In this document: positions 8,043-17,679 of the stretch, in pieces | Position numbering within the stretch: position 1 is the stretch's first letter | Layout: each line of letters begins with the position of its first letter | Source: an uncultured Bdellovibrionales bacterium | Lineage (GTDB): Bacteria > Patescibacteriota > Minisyncoccia > Moranbacterales > UBA1568 | DNA: 64,000 bases | Assembly: GCA_964537075.1 (NCBI GenBank) | Contig: CAZIBB010000001.1 | Span: forward strand, 19,072 to 83,071 | Direction: 5' to 3' | Position numbers and translations under genes: made by a program | Notes under the pieces: model-generated | Told to the model about the DNA's origin: nothing | The model's input: only the letters and a program-made list of their open reading frames with translations | Database searches by the model: none

Positions 8043-9734
8043 CTATTGCGATCGCATATCCAGTATTTTCAGCTGAAGCGAAGTAACGCCATTCCAGATA
8101 TTCTCCGACAGCTGACATACAGCGGATACTCTATCACCTTCTTTCAAATCCGCAAAGCGTTCCCCGAGAGAAAAAGCGATGGCATCAATACATTTCTCAC
8201 CAGAACGAAAAGCGATTTTCAAGTGTTTTTTTCCATTTCCAACGAAACGAATATTCTCGATAATGAGATTTTCAAGCAAAAATACCGGTTCTGGATTCCC
8301 CTGGCCAAAAGGTGCAAAACCCTGAATCTGAGAGAGGAAATCCATCGTCAAATGAACCGGATCGATACGGATATCGATTGATAATTCCGGCTCGGTCATC
8401 TGATTTGGCAACAGCTCCCGCACCATCATGTCGAACCGATCGCGAAACAACGAGAGATTCTCATTCCTCACGGTCAATCCTGCCGCCTGCGCATGTCCGC
8501 CGAATTTTTCCAGAAGATCCCCGCAGCGCTCGACGACCTCGATGATATTGAGTCCAGGAATGCTCCGAAGAGAGCCCGTGCTATGCTCATCATACTGTTG
8601 GAGCACCACGACCGGTTTCCCAATCTCACGCGCGATAGTACCGGCGACCAAACCAACCACGCCAATCGTGTATTCCGGATGCACGGCGATAATCGATTGA
8701 CGATCTTTTTGCAGACGAGCTTCGGCTCGCACGAGTCCGGAAATCCGCTCGGATAATTTTCGGCGATCATTGTTCAACTGCTCCAATTGATTCGCGAGCA
8801 GATTCGCTTCCGATTGATCAATCGACGAAAGCAAATCATGGGCGATTCTCCCGTGATCCATACGGCTTGCCGCATTGATGCGCGGCCCGATCTGAAATCC
8901 GATAGTCCTCGCATCAGGTTTGTTCCACTCGTCGATTTTCAGTTTCCCCACGGCATACATCTCCTGCAATCCGATATTGCGCGTCTTCGCGAGAACGATA
9001 AGTCCATAGGTCACGATAGCCCGATTCTCGCCGATAAGCGGCATTACATCCGCGACCGTTCCGACCGCCACGAGATCAAGAAGCCATTTCAATTCCCCGC
9101 TCCTCTCAGGCGCGAGCTCCTGATACAGCGCCTGGATCACCTTGAATGTCGTCCCTGCACCGCAGAGTTCCTGAAACGGATAGCCGCAGTCCTTCACCTT
9201 TGGGTTGATAATCGCGAACGCATCCGGAAATATTTTCGGCACATGATGATGATCGATGATGATGACATCCATACCGAGACGATTCGCTTCCGCCACTTCT
9301 TCGATATCCGTCATCCCGCAATCGACCGTAAACATCACGGTCACGCCCTCTTTTTGAAAAGCGATAAGTGCGTTTCGGTGTATCCCATGACCTTCTTTTT
9401 CCTTATGCGGAATATATACCGTCACCAGAAAACCAAGCCGCTCCAAAGCGGTTCGCAAAAGAACCGATGAGGTCACTCCGTCCGCATCATAATCACCGAA
9501 GATACCGATGCGTTCTCCGGAATCAAGAGCTTTCTTCATCCGATCCGTCACTTTCCGCATCGAGACGAATAAAAACGGATCATGGAAATCACGATCATAG
9601 TCCGGACGAAAAAACCGTTCAATTGACGACGCATCGGTATACCCACGATTCGAAAGGAGTGCTTCGGTTATAGGATGATACGGAGTCTTCGCTTCCCGTG
9701 TGGCTGAGTCAATTTTCACTTTCCATTTCGCCAC
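8043..9734 (-). CDS. recJ: Single-stranded-DNA-specific exonuclease RecJ (DHH family)
   Basis: DHH motifs IGIFGDYDADGVTSS, IIIDHHH, GGHAQAAG; 563 aa. Confidence 0.85.
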   Translation of the reverse strand: MAKWKVKIDSATREAKTPYHPITEALLSNRGYTDASSIERFFRPDYDRDFHDPFLFVSMRKVTDRMKKALDSGERIGIFGDYDADGVTSSVLLRTALERLGFLVTVYIPHKEKEGHGIHRNALIAFQKEGVTVMFTVDCGMTDIEEVAEANRLGMDVIIIDHHHVPKIFPDAFAIINPKVKDCGYPFQELCGAGTTFKVIQALYQELAPERSGELKWLLDLVAVGTVADVMPLIGENRAIVTYGLIVLAKTRNIGLQEMYAVGKLKIDEWNKPDARTIGFQIGPRINAASRMDHGRIAHDLLSSIDQSEANLLANQLEQLNNDRRKLSERISGLVRAEARLQKDRQSIIAVHPEYTIGVVGLVAGTIAREIGKPVVVLQQYDEHSTGSLRSIPGLNIIEVVERCGDLLEKFGGHAQAAGLTVRNENLSLFRDRFDMMVRELLPNQMTEPELSIDIRIDPVHLTMDFLSQIQGFAPFGQGNPEPVFLLENLIIENIRFVGNGKKHLKIAFRSGEKCIDAIAFSLGERFADLKEGDRVSAVCQLSENIWNGVTSLQLKILDMRSQ

Positions 9735-9756
9735 ACACGTTCATTAAAATGAGAGG

Positions 9757-10317
9757 CTACTGACACACTAATTCAGCCTCAAAAATTCGCTTCTCCTTAT
9801 CCCGCAAACGAAGTTTGATCACCGGATGTGTGCCTCCCATACACGGCAACGTTCCATCCATGCCAAGCGTTTCAAACATTCGTCCCGCTTCGGCAGAATG
9901 TATGTCAAATGGAAGAGAAAAATCAGATGAAGTGAGTAAGGATTTGATCCGGGTAACCACCTCGACCGGGGTCGTCATATCGCGAACGATAAAGTCCTTC
10001 ACGCCGAGAGCACGGGCCTTATCCTCATCTTCCTGGCGACCGAGATGAGAAATGAAAGCGACCGGTACGGCTGCCGTCGCCACATTTTTCTTCATGCCCT
10101 CCATGAATTGAAATCCGTCCATACGAGGCATGATAATACCCGTTATCACGACATTCGGCACAATCTGATTCGCCATTTCCAATCCTTCGAGACCATCATT
10201 TGCCTCTCTCACATCAAATCCCGCCATGCGAAACACCTCAGCATACATCATCCGGGTATCAGCATCATCATCGACGAGCAAAATTCGAATTGGATTCTCT
10301 GCCATAGTATTACACAT
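9757..10317 (-). CDS. Stand-alone response regulator: CheY-like receiver plus a C-terminal domain of unknown type
   Basis: IRILLVDDDADTRMMY...PNVVITGIIMPRMDGFQF is a receiver fold with the phospho-acceptor Asp. The roughly 70-aa C-terminal extension is unrecognised. No histidine kinase is adjacent. Confidence 0.7.
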   Translation of the reverse strand: MCNTMAENPIRILLVDDDADTRMMYAEVFRMAGFDVREANDGLEGLEMANQIVPNVVITGIIMPRMDGFQFMEGMKKNVATAAVPVAFISHLGRQEDEDKARALGVKDFIVRDMTTPVEVVTRIKSLLTSSDFSLPFDIHSAEAGRMFETLGMDGTLPCMGGTHPVIKLRLRDKEKRIFEAELVCQ

Positions 10318-10378
10318 TACAAGTTATCAGTTCCCCATCATTATACCGCGCATCGGGAAAAAAGAAAGGTTTCCTCCG

Positions 10379-11467
10379 TCATCTCCTGATTTTTTCCAAT
10401 TGTTCGAGCATTTTCCGTTCTTCGGAAGAGACTTTTTTCGGAATATCAATAGTCAATTCCACCAAATGGTCTCCTGCATCGAAATGACCCATACGAATAC
10501 CCTTCCCCCTGATACGAAATATTTCCCCTGGCTGCGTACCGGCAGGAACCTTGATGATTACCTCGCTATCAATGGTCGCTACGGAAATTTTTCCACCCAA
10601 AACTGCGAGAGGATAAGCGATAGCTTTTTTTGAAAGGATATTGCGACCATTCCGACGAAACTCCTTGTGTGGAAGGACATGAATATTCACATAGAGATCA
10701 CCAGGACGAGTGCCTCGTTCGCCTGCCTCACCATATCCCTCAACTGACATCGTCTGCCCATTTTCGATGCCCGCGGGGATAGAGAGGGAAAGCGATTCCG
10801 TTTCGATCACGCGACCCTCGCCATGACACCTTGAGCAGACTTCCGGATAATATTTTCCTGTGCCCTGACACCTTGCACACATCACCGCCTGATTGATGGT
10901 GCCAAAAATAGTCCGAACAGCCTGAGATATTCTCCCCGCTCCGTGACAATCTGGACAGGTTTTTTCCTGTATTCCCTTTTTCCCGCCAGTACCAAAACAC
11001 TCCGGACACATGACCCTCTTTCGCAAACTGATATCCTTTTTCACACCATGGACCATTTCCTCAAAAGTAATCTCAACATCAGTCTGTATATCTGATCCGC
11101 CGCGCCTGCCTGATCGCGACCCGCCACCAGAGAAAATATCGGAAAAAATATCTTCGAAACCGCCACCAGAGAAATTAAATCCGCCCTGAGAAAAATTACC
11201 GAAATCGAATCCCTCGAAGCCGCCGCCCGCTCCACCCGCACCGCTTGGTGCTCCATTGTCGTGAAATCCCTGCCCAAACTGATCATACTTTCGACGTTTT
11301 TCGGCATCCGAAAGCACCTGGTAAGCCTCATTTGCCTCCTTGAATTTTTTCTCATCTCCACCACCCTTGTCCGGATGATACTTGTGGGCTTGTTTTCGGA
11401 ATGCTTTTTTGATCTCATCAGCCGAAGCGCCTTTACTCACCCCGAGAATATCGTAATAATCTGCCAT
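10379..11467 (-). CDS. dnaJ: Molecular chaperone DnaJ
   Basis: J domain DYYDILGV...KYHPDK, a Gly/Phe-rich region, and four CxxCxGxG zinc-finger repeats. Confidence 0.9.
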   Translation of the reverse strand: MADYYDILGVSKGASADEIKKAFRKQAHKYHPDKGGGDEKKFKEANEAYQVLSDAEKRRKYDQFGQGFHDNGAPSGAGGAGGGFEGFDFGNFSQGGFNFSGGGFEDIFSDIFSGGGSRSGRRGGSDIQTDVEITFEEMVHGVKKDISLRKRVMCPECFGTGGKKGIQEKTCPDCHGAGRISQAVRTIFGTINQAVMCARCQGTGKYYPEVCSRCHGEGRVIETESLSLSIPAGIENGQTMSVEGYGEAGERGTRPGDLYVNIHVLPHKEFRRNGRNILSKKAIAYPLAVLGGKISVATIDSEVIIKVPAGTQPGEIFRIRGKGIRMGHFDAGDHLVELTIDIPKKVSSEERKMLEQLEKIRR

Positions 11468-11535
11468 ATATCTTAGAATCTGTTTAAAATCTCACTAAAA
11501 AAATCCTCACCTGATAATAGCAGAAAATAAAAAAG

Positions 11536-11562
11536 TTAGCAATCACATACGATGAGTGCTAA
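11536..11562. promoter_or_regulatory. CIRCE operator (HrcA binding site) upstream of dnaJ
   Basis: TTAGCAATC-N9-GAGTGCTAA against consensus TTAGCACTC-N9-GAGTGCTAA; 69 nt upstream of the dnaJ start. Confidence 0.75.
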
Positions 11563-11580
11563 TATCACAAGAAAAAACTC

Positions 11581-12588
11581 TTAATCAAGCAATACCACCT
11601 GCTCGGCCTCTACCGGTATGTGGCGTATCGTCAGGATATTTCCCCCCTGAAGGATCCAAAAAACGATCCAGGCACAGAAGGCCCAAAGAAAACCGAAAAC
11701 CGACCCGATGGAAAAGAGGGAGAGAAACAAGAGAAGTGCCATAACAGATCGAAGAATATTCATGGAATTTCCTTCCGCGTGAACACTGGCGAATGTACCG
11801 AACATCTTCGCATTGATGATTTCCGACAACACATCAGTCGCTCGCTCATTTCCCTTTATATCCCGGCCGAGCATATCAGTGATACGATTCCTTCCCTCTC
11901 TCAGAAAAAGTATTTTTTGAAATTCTTGGCTCATGTCTTGCTCACCCCCTATTAATCGATCATAATCTTCGCTCCTAGAATCGTCCTTCATTTCCCCTGG
12001 CACTTCCTTTGGCATCAATCCAAGCAGAAATTCGTCCACCGAGAGATCATCCTCTACCAAGGGAATGAGATTCTTATTTATCTTTCCAACTCCCTGAAGA
12101 AGCACCTTCCCCGTTCCGTCGGTAAAACTCAATCGTGGCAAAAGATTCTCGGCCGACACGTCCGAAATCATCGCTGCGTATGCGGCGACGATGACGAGAG
12201 AAAATCCGAGCGACAAAAGAAACGTCCCCATGCGGGCGCTAGAAAAGAATCGGACGGTCAGATGTTCCGAGAGTTCCCTATCGATGATACGCAGGCTTCG
12301 ATAAAAAAACAGCGAGGCAAGCACAGCCGCGATACAGGATGGCACAGACAGACCAAAGAAGAATACCGGGAGTACTGCAATCGATATGGCGAACACGCGA
12401 AAAACAGTGATCGAGAACAAAATGACACTCACGAGAAGGAACACAGCGAGAAGAGAAAAGAATACTCCCGGCAAGAGAAAATGACTCGAACCCGGGACAA
12501 GAACCGCCTGATACAGCGCCTGCCATGCCAAAAATGAACAGAGTCCCTCGAGGGAAAAAAAGAGTATTGTGATAATTTTTTGTTTCAT
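11581..12588 (-). CDS. Hypothetical polytopic membrane protein
   Basis: 335 aa with about six N-terminal TM helices and a charged central region. Confidence 0.4.
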   Translation of the reverse strand: MKQKIITILFFSLEGLCSFLAWQALYQAVLVPGSSHFLLPGVFFSLLAVFLLVSVILFSITVFRVFAISIAVLPVFFFGLSVPSCIAAVLASLFFYRSLRIIDRELSEHLTVRFFSSARMGTFLLSLGFSLVIVAAYAAMISDVSAENLLPRLSFTDGTGKVLLQGVGKINKNLIPLVEDDLSVDEFLLGLMPKEVPGEMKDDSRSEDYDRLIGGEQDMSQEFQKILFLREGRNRITDMLGRDIKGNERATDVLSEIINAKMFGTFASVHAEGNSMNILRSVMALLLFLSLFSIGSVFGFLWAFCAWIVFWILQGGNILTIRHIPVEAEQVVLLD

Positions 12589-12640
12589 AGTTTGAAGAAG
12601 AGTTTAGAGGAGAGAGATGAGAGTTTAGGAATTTTTATAA

Positions 12641-12664
12641 CGCCTGCCTGCCGGTAGGCAGGCG
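12641..12664. repeat. GC-rich palindrome CGCCTGCCTGCC-GGTA-GGCAGGCAGGCG
   Basis: Perfect 10-bp arms. Same family as 36323..36345 and 37421..37444. Confidence 0.85.
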
Positions 12665-12706
12665 CTTCTTGATCCGCCAGCCGGCGGAGTCCGCTGTAAA
12701 AAATTT

Positions 12707-13723
12707 CTACAATCCATGTAGAGATTTATTTCTCTTATGCTCTTCGAAATCGCGGGAGAAAACGGTTTCGCCCGTCTTCTGATCGGAAAGGAAATACCAA
12801 AAATCATTCGGGGTCGGAAAGAGGGCTGCCCGTAAGGCGACTATTCCGGGGTTATCGATCGGTCCCTTCGGCAATCCATTGTACACATAGGTATTATACG
12901 GGGAATCGGTCGCTATATCGACTCCCGAGTACTGAGCCTTATCGATTCCGAGCACATATCGTACCGTCGCATCGCTCTGAAGCGGCATAGCGACCGACAA
13001 CCGTCGATAGAACAGATCGGCCACGAGCTTCCGATCTGACTCGCTCCGCACTTCGACTTCAAGAAGACTCGCCATCGTAACCACCTCAAATACCGTTTTT
13101 TTCTGATTCTTTGCCTCCATCCGAAGCGTTTCATCAAAGCGCCGATCGAAATTTTTTAGAAAAATTCCCACGATGTCGTCTGCGGATGCCTGCAAGGAAA
13201 ATTCGTAGGTGTCAGGAAAGAGATATCCCTCAAGCGTACTCCCGAGAGGAAGATCATACAGCAAGGGACTGCTTTTTAAAAGGTCTTGGGTCGGCGAGCG
13301 CACCAGTTTCAAAAATTCTTCTCCAGGAAGATTACGCTCCGTAAGCCTGGATGCCATCTGTTTCGCCGTAAATCCCTCGGGAAAAGTGATTCTCTCCGAT
13401 TGCGGCACCACATCGCCTTTCGTAAGTTTCGAAGCGATGCTCTCGAAAGATGCTTCCCGAGAAAAGGCATATTGACCGGCGACGAATTTCCCCCACTGTC
13501 CCGATTCCAGGAGGTAATAGAGGAACGTCATCTCGGAAGAGATTACGCGAGCCGCCTTCAAATGCCTCGTGACATCCAATGTTCTCTCTCCGCGAAGGAT
13601 GGAAAAAGATATTGTCTTTTCAGGGAGAGCATTGACGCGAGTGCTTTCATGCTTCACATATATGTGAAATGAAAAAAACAAAACCAACGCCATGATAAAA
13701 GTACTGCCGATTATTCTAACCAT
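12707..13723 (-). CDS. mltG: Endolytic murein transglycosylase MltG (YceG family)
   Basis: N-terminal TM plus a YceG-like domain (...GYLFPDTYEF...YNTYVYNGLPKGPI). Confidence 0.8.
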   Translation of the reverse strand: MVRIIGSTFIMALVLFFSFHIYVKHESTRVNALPEKTISFSILRGERTLDVTRHLKAARVISSEMTFLYYLLESGQWGKFVAGQYAFSREASFESIASKLTKGDVVPQSERITFPEGFTAKQMASRLTERNLPGEEFLKLVRSPTQDLLKSSPLLYDLPLGSTLEGYLFPDTYEFSLQASADDIVGIFLKNFDRRFDETLRMEAKNQKKTVFEVVTMASLLEVEVRSESDRKLVADLFYRRLSVAMPLQSDATVRYVLGIDKAQYSGVDIATDSPYNTYVYNGLPKGPIDNPGIVALRAALFPTPNDFWYFLSDQKTGETVFSRDFEEHKRNKSLHGL

Positions 13724-13731
13724 ATATTTTT

Positions 13732-14358
13732 TCAGAAAGTGGAATGTCTCACGAAAGGCACAAAATTAAATCCCGAAAATTCTTCTTTATAGAATTCGCT
13801 TTCGCTCCGTTTTTCAAAGTAACAGATGCTGTTATGAAGCGGAATGACGAGCTTTCCGCCTACTTTCAGCTGATCCTTCAGCACATCAGGAACATCGCTC
13901 GCCGTCGCCGAAACGAGAATACGATCATACGGTGCCGCCTTCACATATCCTTCCGCGGCATTTCCGCTGATACATTCAACGCGACCATCCGAGAGATACC
14001 CATACTTCTCGATATTCACTTTCGCGATGGCGAAAAAATCGTCGATACGTTCTATCGTGATGACCTTCCCAGTCTTTCCAACAATACTGCCGAGGAGCGC
14101 GGCCGTCCATCCGGAACCCGTTCCGGCATCAAGCACAGAGTGGCCTTTCTTCACATCGAGAAGTTCCAGCATGATAGCCGTCGTCCGAGGCGGGGTTACC
14201 GTCTGTCCGTGCCCGATCGGAAGCGGTATCTCGGCCTCCGCCTGCTCCCGAAATTGCGGCGGCAAAAAATCCGCGCGGCTGACGGTATTCATCGCCTCAA
14301 TAGCCTCATCCGAATGAAGATATCCGTGATAGATGAGATCATTCACCAGTCGACTCAT
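13732..14358 (-). CDS. pcm: Protein-L-isoaspartate O-methyltransferase
   Basis: SAM-binding motif VLDAGTGSGWTAALL and overall PCMT layout; 208 aa. Confidence 0.85.
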   Translation of the reverse strand: MSRLVNDLIYHGYLHSDEAIEAMNTVSRADFLPPQFREQAEAEIPLPIGHGQTVTPPRTTAIMLELLDVKKGHSVLDAGTGSGWTAALLGSIVGKTGKVITIERIDDFFAIAKVNIEKYGYLSDGRVECISGNAAEGYVKAAPYDRILVSATASDVPDVLKDQLKVGGKLVIPLHNSICYFEKRSESEFYKEEFSGFNFVPFVRHSTF

Positions 14359-14394
14359 ATCATTTCTTTATAAGACGAATCGGGTACGGAAAAA

Positions 14395-14868
14395 TTACAA
14401 TCCCATCACCTGAACCAATAAATCTCTCTTTCGACTTCCATCAAACTCGACCGCGAAGATATTCTGCCGACTTCCGAGAAACAGCTTCCCCTTTTCAACG
14501 GGGATGGTTTCGCTCGATCCCAAGAGAAAGGCTTTGCAATGAGAGTGTCCGTTTGAACGTCCATCGGACACGGAATCGCGCCTGATTTCGAACAGATCAT
14601 GCGAATATTGCTCATCCACGGGAACCAGACGATAGAGAATCCTCATGAAATCCTGAAGGAGCATCGGCTCATTGTGATTGATGATCACGGAAAGTGTGCT
14701 GTGCTGGGAATATACCAGCACCTGACCCTCACGGATTCCCGAACGATCGATCACCTCCTGCACCCTATCCGTCACATCGACGAATTCGATCTGCGTTTTG
14801 GTTTCAAAGGCGACGAGCTCTTTATACATTTTCATACCCCTCCTCTTCAAAAAATTACAAAGCGGCAA
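14395..14868 (-). CDS. YjbQ/UPF0047 family protein (secondary thiamine-phosphate synthase-like)
   Basis: IEFVDVTDRV...VYSQHSTLSVIINHNE...SHCKAFLLGSSETIPVEKGKLFLGSRQNIF parallels E. coli YjbQ block for block. Confidence 0.7.
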   Translation of the reverse strand: MPLCNFLKRRGMKMYKELVAFETKTQIEFVDVTDRVQEVIDRSGIREGQVLVYSQHSTLSVIINHNEPMLLQDFMRILYRLVPVDEQYSHDLFEIRRDSVSDGRSNGHSHCKAFLLGSSETIPVEKGKLFLGSRQNIFAVEFDGSRKRDLLVQVMGL

Positions 14869-15166
14869 GATCCGCCTTCAATGTGTCTTTCGATTGGGCG
14901 CCGACGAACTCCTTCACGATCGTGCCACCCTTGAACACTTTCATTGTCGGAATGGACATGATTCCGTACTTCGACGCGGTATCGGGATTGTCATCCACAT
15001 TGAGCTTGCCTACCTTCATATTCGAGAGTTCGTCCGAAAGCTGATCCACGATCGGCCCCATCATCTGACAAGGACCACACCATGGCGCCCAAAAATCAAC
15101 CAAGACCGGCTGTTCGCTCTGTATCACTTCCGCTTCAAAATTTGCATCGGTAAATTCTAATGCCAT
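14855..15166 (-). CDS. trxA: Thioredoxin
   Basis: Active site WAPWCGPCQMMGP. Likely start MALEFTDANFE at 15166. Confidence 0.85.
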   Translation of the reverse strand: MALEFTDANFEAEVIQSEQPVLVDFWAPWCGPCQMMGPIVDQLSDELSNMKVGKLNVDDNPDTASKYGIMSIPTMKVFKGGTIVKEFVGAQSKDTLKADLAAL

Positions 15167-15496
15167 ATAAATACCCTTACATATTATAAATTCATTATAC
15201 TCCGTCTCGCAAAAAACCAAAAGGGACACAGAGAATAACGATTGTTCCCCTCCGAAGGTGGGCAGGCGCTGTCTCAGCAGCGCGTCCGATGTTTTTTGGC
15301 TTTTCTTTTTATTTTTTTCTCTTCCTCTTTTTTCTTACCTGATCCCTCTCGAACACGCCCGACTCGCTTGTTGAACAGGAAGCTGTCCAGAGAGGAACTC
15401 TGTCACGCTCGACCGTTACCGACACACTCATCGCGCATGTTACCAATTGGAATCAAAGGAATAAAAAAGAGGATGAGAAAACACTTTGTACATTTC

Positions 15497-15690
15497 TCCA
15501 GTATGATCCTTCGGGGCTCCGCGCGAAAAGAATCGCCAGAAATTCGTGACACCCAAAAGGATAGGTGCTCCAACTGGAGGAAGTGAAACGCCTTTGGAGC
15601 ATCCATACGGCGTGTCACTGAATTTCTCGATTCTTGTCGCAGGAGAGAGTTTCTTTGGCATACTTTTCTTTGCGGACAAAGAAAAGTATG
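15497..15690. repeat. Structured about 190-nt element, copy A (candidate ncRNA or palindromic MITE)
   Basis: Matches the reverse complement of 27371..27585. It folds into a long interrupted helix (AAGAATCG/CGATTCTT, AGAAATTC/GAATTTCT, GTGACAC/GTGTCAC) plus a perfect 10-bp terminal hairpin CTTTTCTTTG-CGGA-CAAAGAAAAG. Confidence 0.6.
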
Positions 15691-15743
15691 GAGAAATATT
15701 TTAAATAATTAGTTTTGAAAAGCTCATTGCCCCAACAGAAAAT

Positions 15744-17591
15744 TTAATTCTCTCCTCTCCGCAGAATGGCGAGGAATGCTTCGCTCGGGATAGAGACCTT
15801 ACCCACGTCCTTCATACGCTTCTTTCCCCGTTTCTGTTTTTCCAAGAGTTTTTTCTTCCGGGAAAAATCACCGCCGTAGAGACCGCCCGTCACATCCTTG
15901 CGAAAGGCCGATATCGTCTCCCGTGCAATCACCTTGCTTCCGATTGCCGCCTGAATGGCCACGGAAAAACTCTGACGCGGGATAACTTTTTTCAATTTTT
16001 CAACTGTTACCTTTCCCTCTTCATAGGCATTCCGCTTCGGCACCATCCGAGAGAATGCGTCTATCAGATCCCCAGCCACCATAATATCAAGCCTCACGAC
16101 ATCCGACTCCCGATATCCGATCGGCTCATAATTCATCGAACCATATCCCGACGTGGCACTTTTCAGATCATCATGGAAATCCACGATCACATCCATGAGC
16201 GGCGCATCAAAAGAGAGCAGCGCCCGACCCTGGTCGAGATATTCCGTATTCTTATATTCCGCCCGGATCTTCCCCATGAGATTCATCACATTCCCCATAT
16301 ATTCCGACGGAGCGATGATGGAAAGATCGACATACGGCTCGAATATCCTCTCAATTCCGGCCGGATCAGGCATCTCCGAAGGCGAATACATCAGAACTCT
16401 CTCCGACGAACCGCGCAATTCCAATTCATAGACGACTGATGGTGTCGTGATCGTCGGCTCCATGCCGAATTCCCGACGGAGACGCTCCTGGATGATCTCC
16501 AGATGGAGCAGTCCGAGAAAACCGCAGCGGAATCCGCGACCAAGGGCCTGATTCGATTCCGGCTCAAAGGTAAATGCTGCGTCATTGAGTTTCAATTTCC
16601 CCAAGGCATCACGCGTCGCACCGTATTCATCACCATCGAGCGGATAAAAACTCGCATAGACGACCGGCTTGATTTCCCGATACCCCGGAAGCGACTGCAC
16701 ATCGAATACCTCATGCTCCTTGGGCTCGATCGTGATGGTGTCGCCCACGCGGCATTCGGACACGTCCTTCAATCCCGTCGCGATATATCCGATATCCCCC
16801 GCGATGAGTTCTGGCATCGTCACGAGCTGCGGGGAAAAAATACCGACTTCGACGGCGCTGCTTACAATACCCGTACCGAGCATATAGAGTTTCGTGTCCC
16901 GCTTCACCATGCCATCCACGACGCGAACATACGCAACCACGCCTTTATACGAATCGTACACCGAGTCGAAAATGAGAGCGCGCAATCGTCCCTCCCGATT
17001 CCCTCGTGGCGATGGAGTTCGTTCGATCACGCGCTCTAAAACTTCCTTGACTCCGATACCCGTCTTGCCAGATGCCTCAAGAATGTCCTCTTCTTTGCAT
17101 CCGAGAATATGCACAATTTCTTTTTTTGTTTTTTCCACCTGCGCGTTCGGAAGATCAATCTTATTCACTACCGGAATAATTTCCAAACTCTGCTCGATTG
17201 CGAGGTAAAGATTCGCCAAAGTCTGCGCTTGCACTCCCTTGGTCGCATCCACGAGAAGAATCGCTCCCTCCACTGCTGCGAGCGACCGCGATACTTCATA
17301 ATGAAAATCCACATGCCCCGGAGTGTCGATTAGATTGAGCTCAAATTCTTTCTCTACCCTCTCACCTCTCTCCACTCCACTCTGTATCGCATAGCGATAC
17401 TTCATCTTCACCGGCTGAAGCTTGATGGTGATTCCTCGCTCCCGCTCCAGATCCATCTGATCAAGCAATTGCTCCTTCATTTTCCGATCCTCCACCGTAT
17501 GGGTAAGTTGAATTAACCGATCGGCCAAAGTGCTTTTACCATGATCAATATGGGCAATGATGCAGAAATTTCGAATGTTTTCTTGATTCAT
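15744..17591 (-). CDS. lepA: Translation elongation factor 4 (LepA)
   Basis: G1 motif AHIDHGKST, domain order, and the LepA C-terminal domain; 615 aa. Confidence 0.9.
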   Translation of the reverse strand: MNQENIRNFCIIAHIDHGKSTLADRLIQLTHTVEDRKMKEQLLDQMDLERERGITIKLQPVKMKYRYAIQSGVERGERVEKEFELNLIDTPGHVDFHYEVSRSLAAVEGAILLVDATKGVQAQTLANLYLAIEQSLEIIPVVNKIDLPNAQVEKTKKEIVHILGCKEEDILEASGKTGIGVKEVLERVIERTPSPRGNREGRLRALIFDSVYDSYKGVVAYVRVVDGMVKRDTKLYMLGTGIVSSAVEVGIFSPQLVTMPELIAGDIGYIATGLKDVSECRVGDTITIEPKEHEVFDVQSLPGYREIKPVVYASFYPLDGDEYGATRDALGKLKLNDAAFTFEPESNQALGRGFRCGFLGLLHLEIIQERLRREFGMEPTITTPSVVYELELRGSSERVLMYSPSEMPDPAGIERIFEPYVDLSIIAPSEYMGNVMNLMGKIRAEYKNTEYLDQGRALLSFDAPLMDVIVDFHDDLKSATSGYGSMNYEPIGYRESDVVRLDIMVAGDLIDAFSRMVPKRNAYEEGKVTVEKLKKVIPRQSFSVAIQAAIGSKVIARETISAFRKDVTGGLYGGDFSRKKKLLEKQKRGKKRMKDVGKVSIPSEAFLAILRRGEN

Positions 17592-17679
17592 ATAACCCCT
17601 AGACTACTGGAAAAATCGCTTTCAGGCAAGAAAATGCTGGGAGAAAATATTATTCACAAAAAAATATGAGAGGTGTGCC

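Noticed and set aside
8787-9470. Long antisense ORFs inside confidently assigned genes (8787..9470 in recJ; others at 17753..18534 in murJ, 19953..20903 in the DUF4012-like gene, 41009..41848 in pepA, 47030..47839 in pilB, 49333..50055 in groEL, 51607..52311 in ychF, 58169..58753 in pilM)
   Set aside because: Each overlaps a strongly motif-supported gene on the opposite strand and has no motifs of its own; treated as shadow ORFs.
15242-15586. 114-aa plus-strand ORF (and nested 37-aa MRKHFVHF... ORF with AAGAGG Shine-Dalgarno) across structured repeat A
   Set aside because: The homologous copy B carries a 1-nt indel that destroys the frame, so the conserved feature is nucleic-acid structure, not protein.
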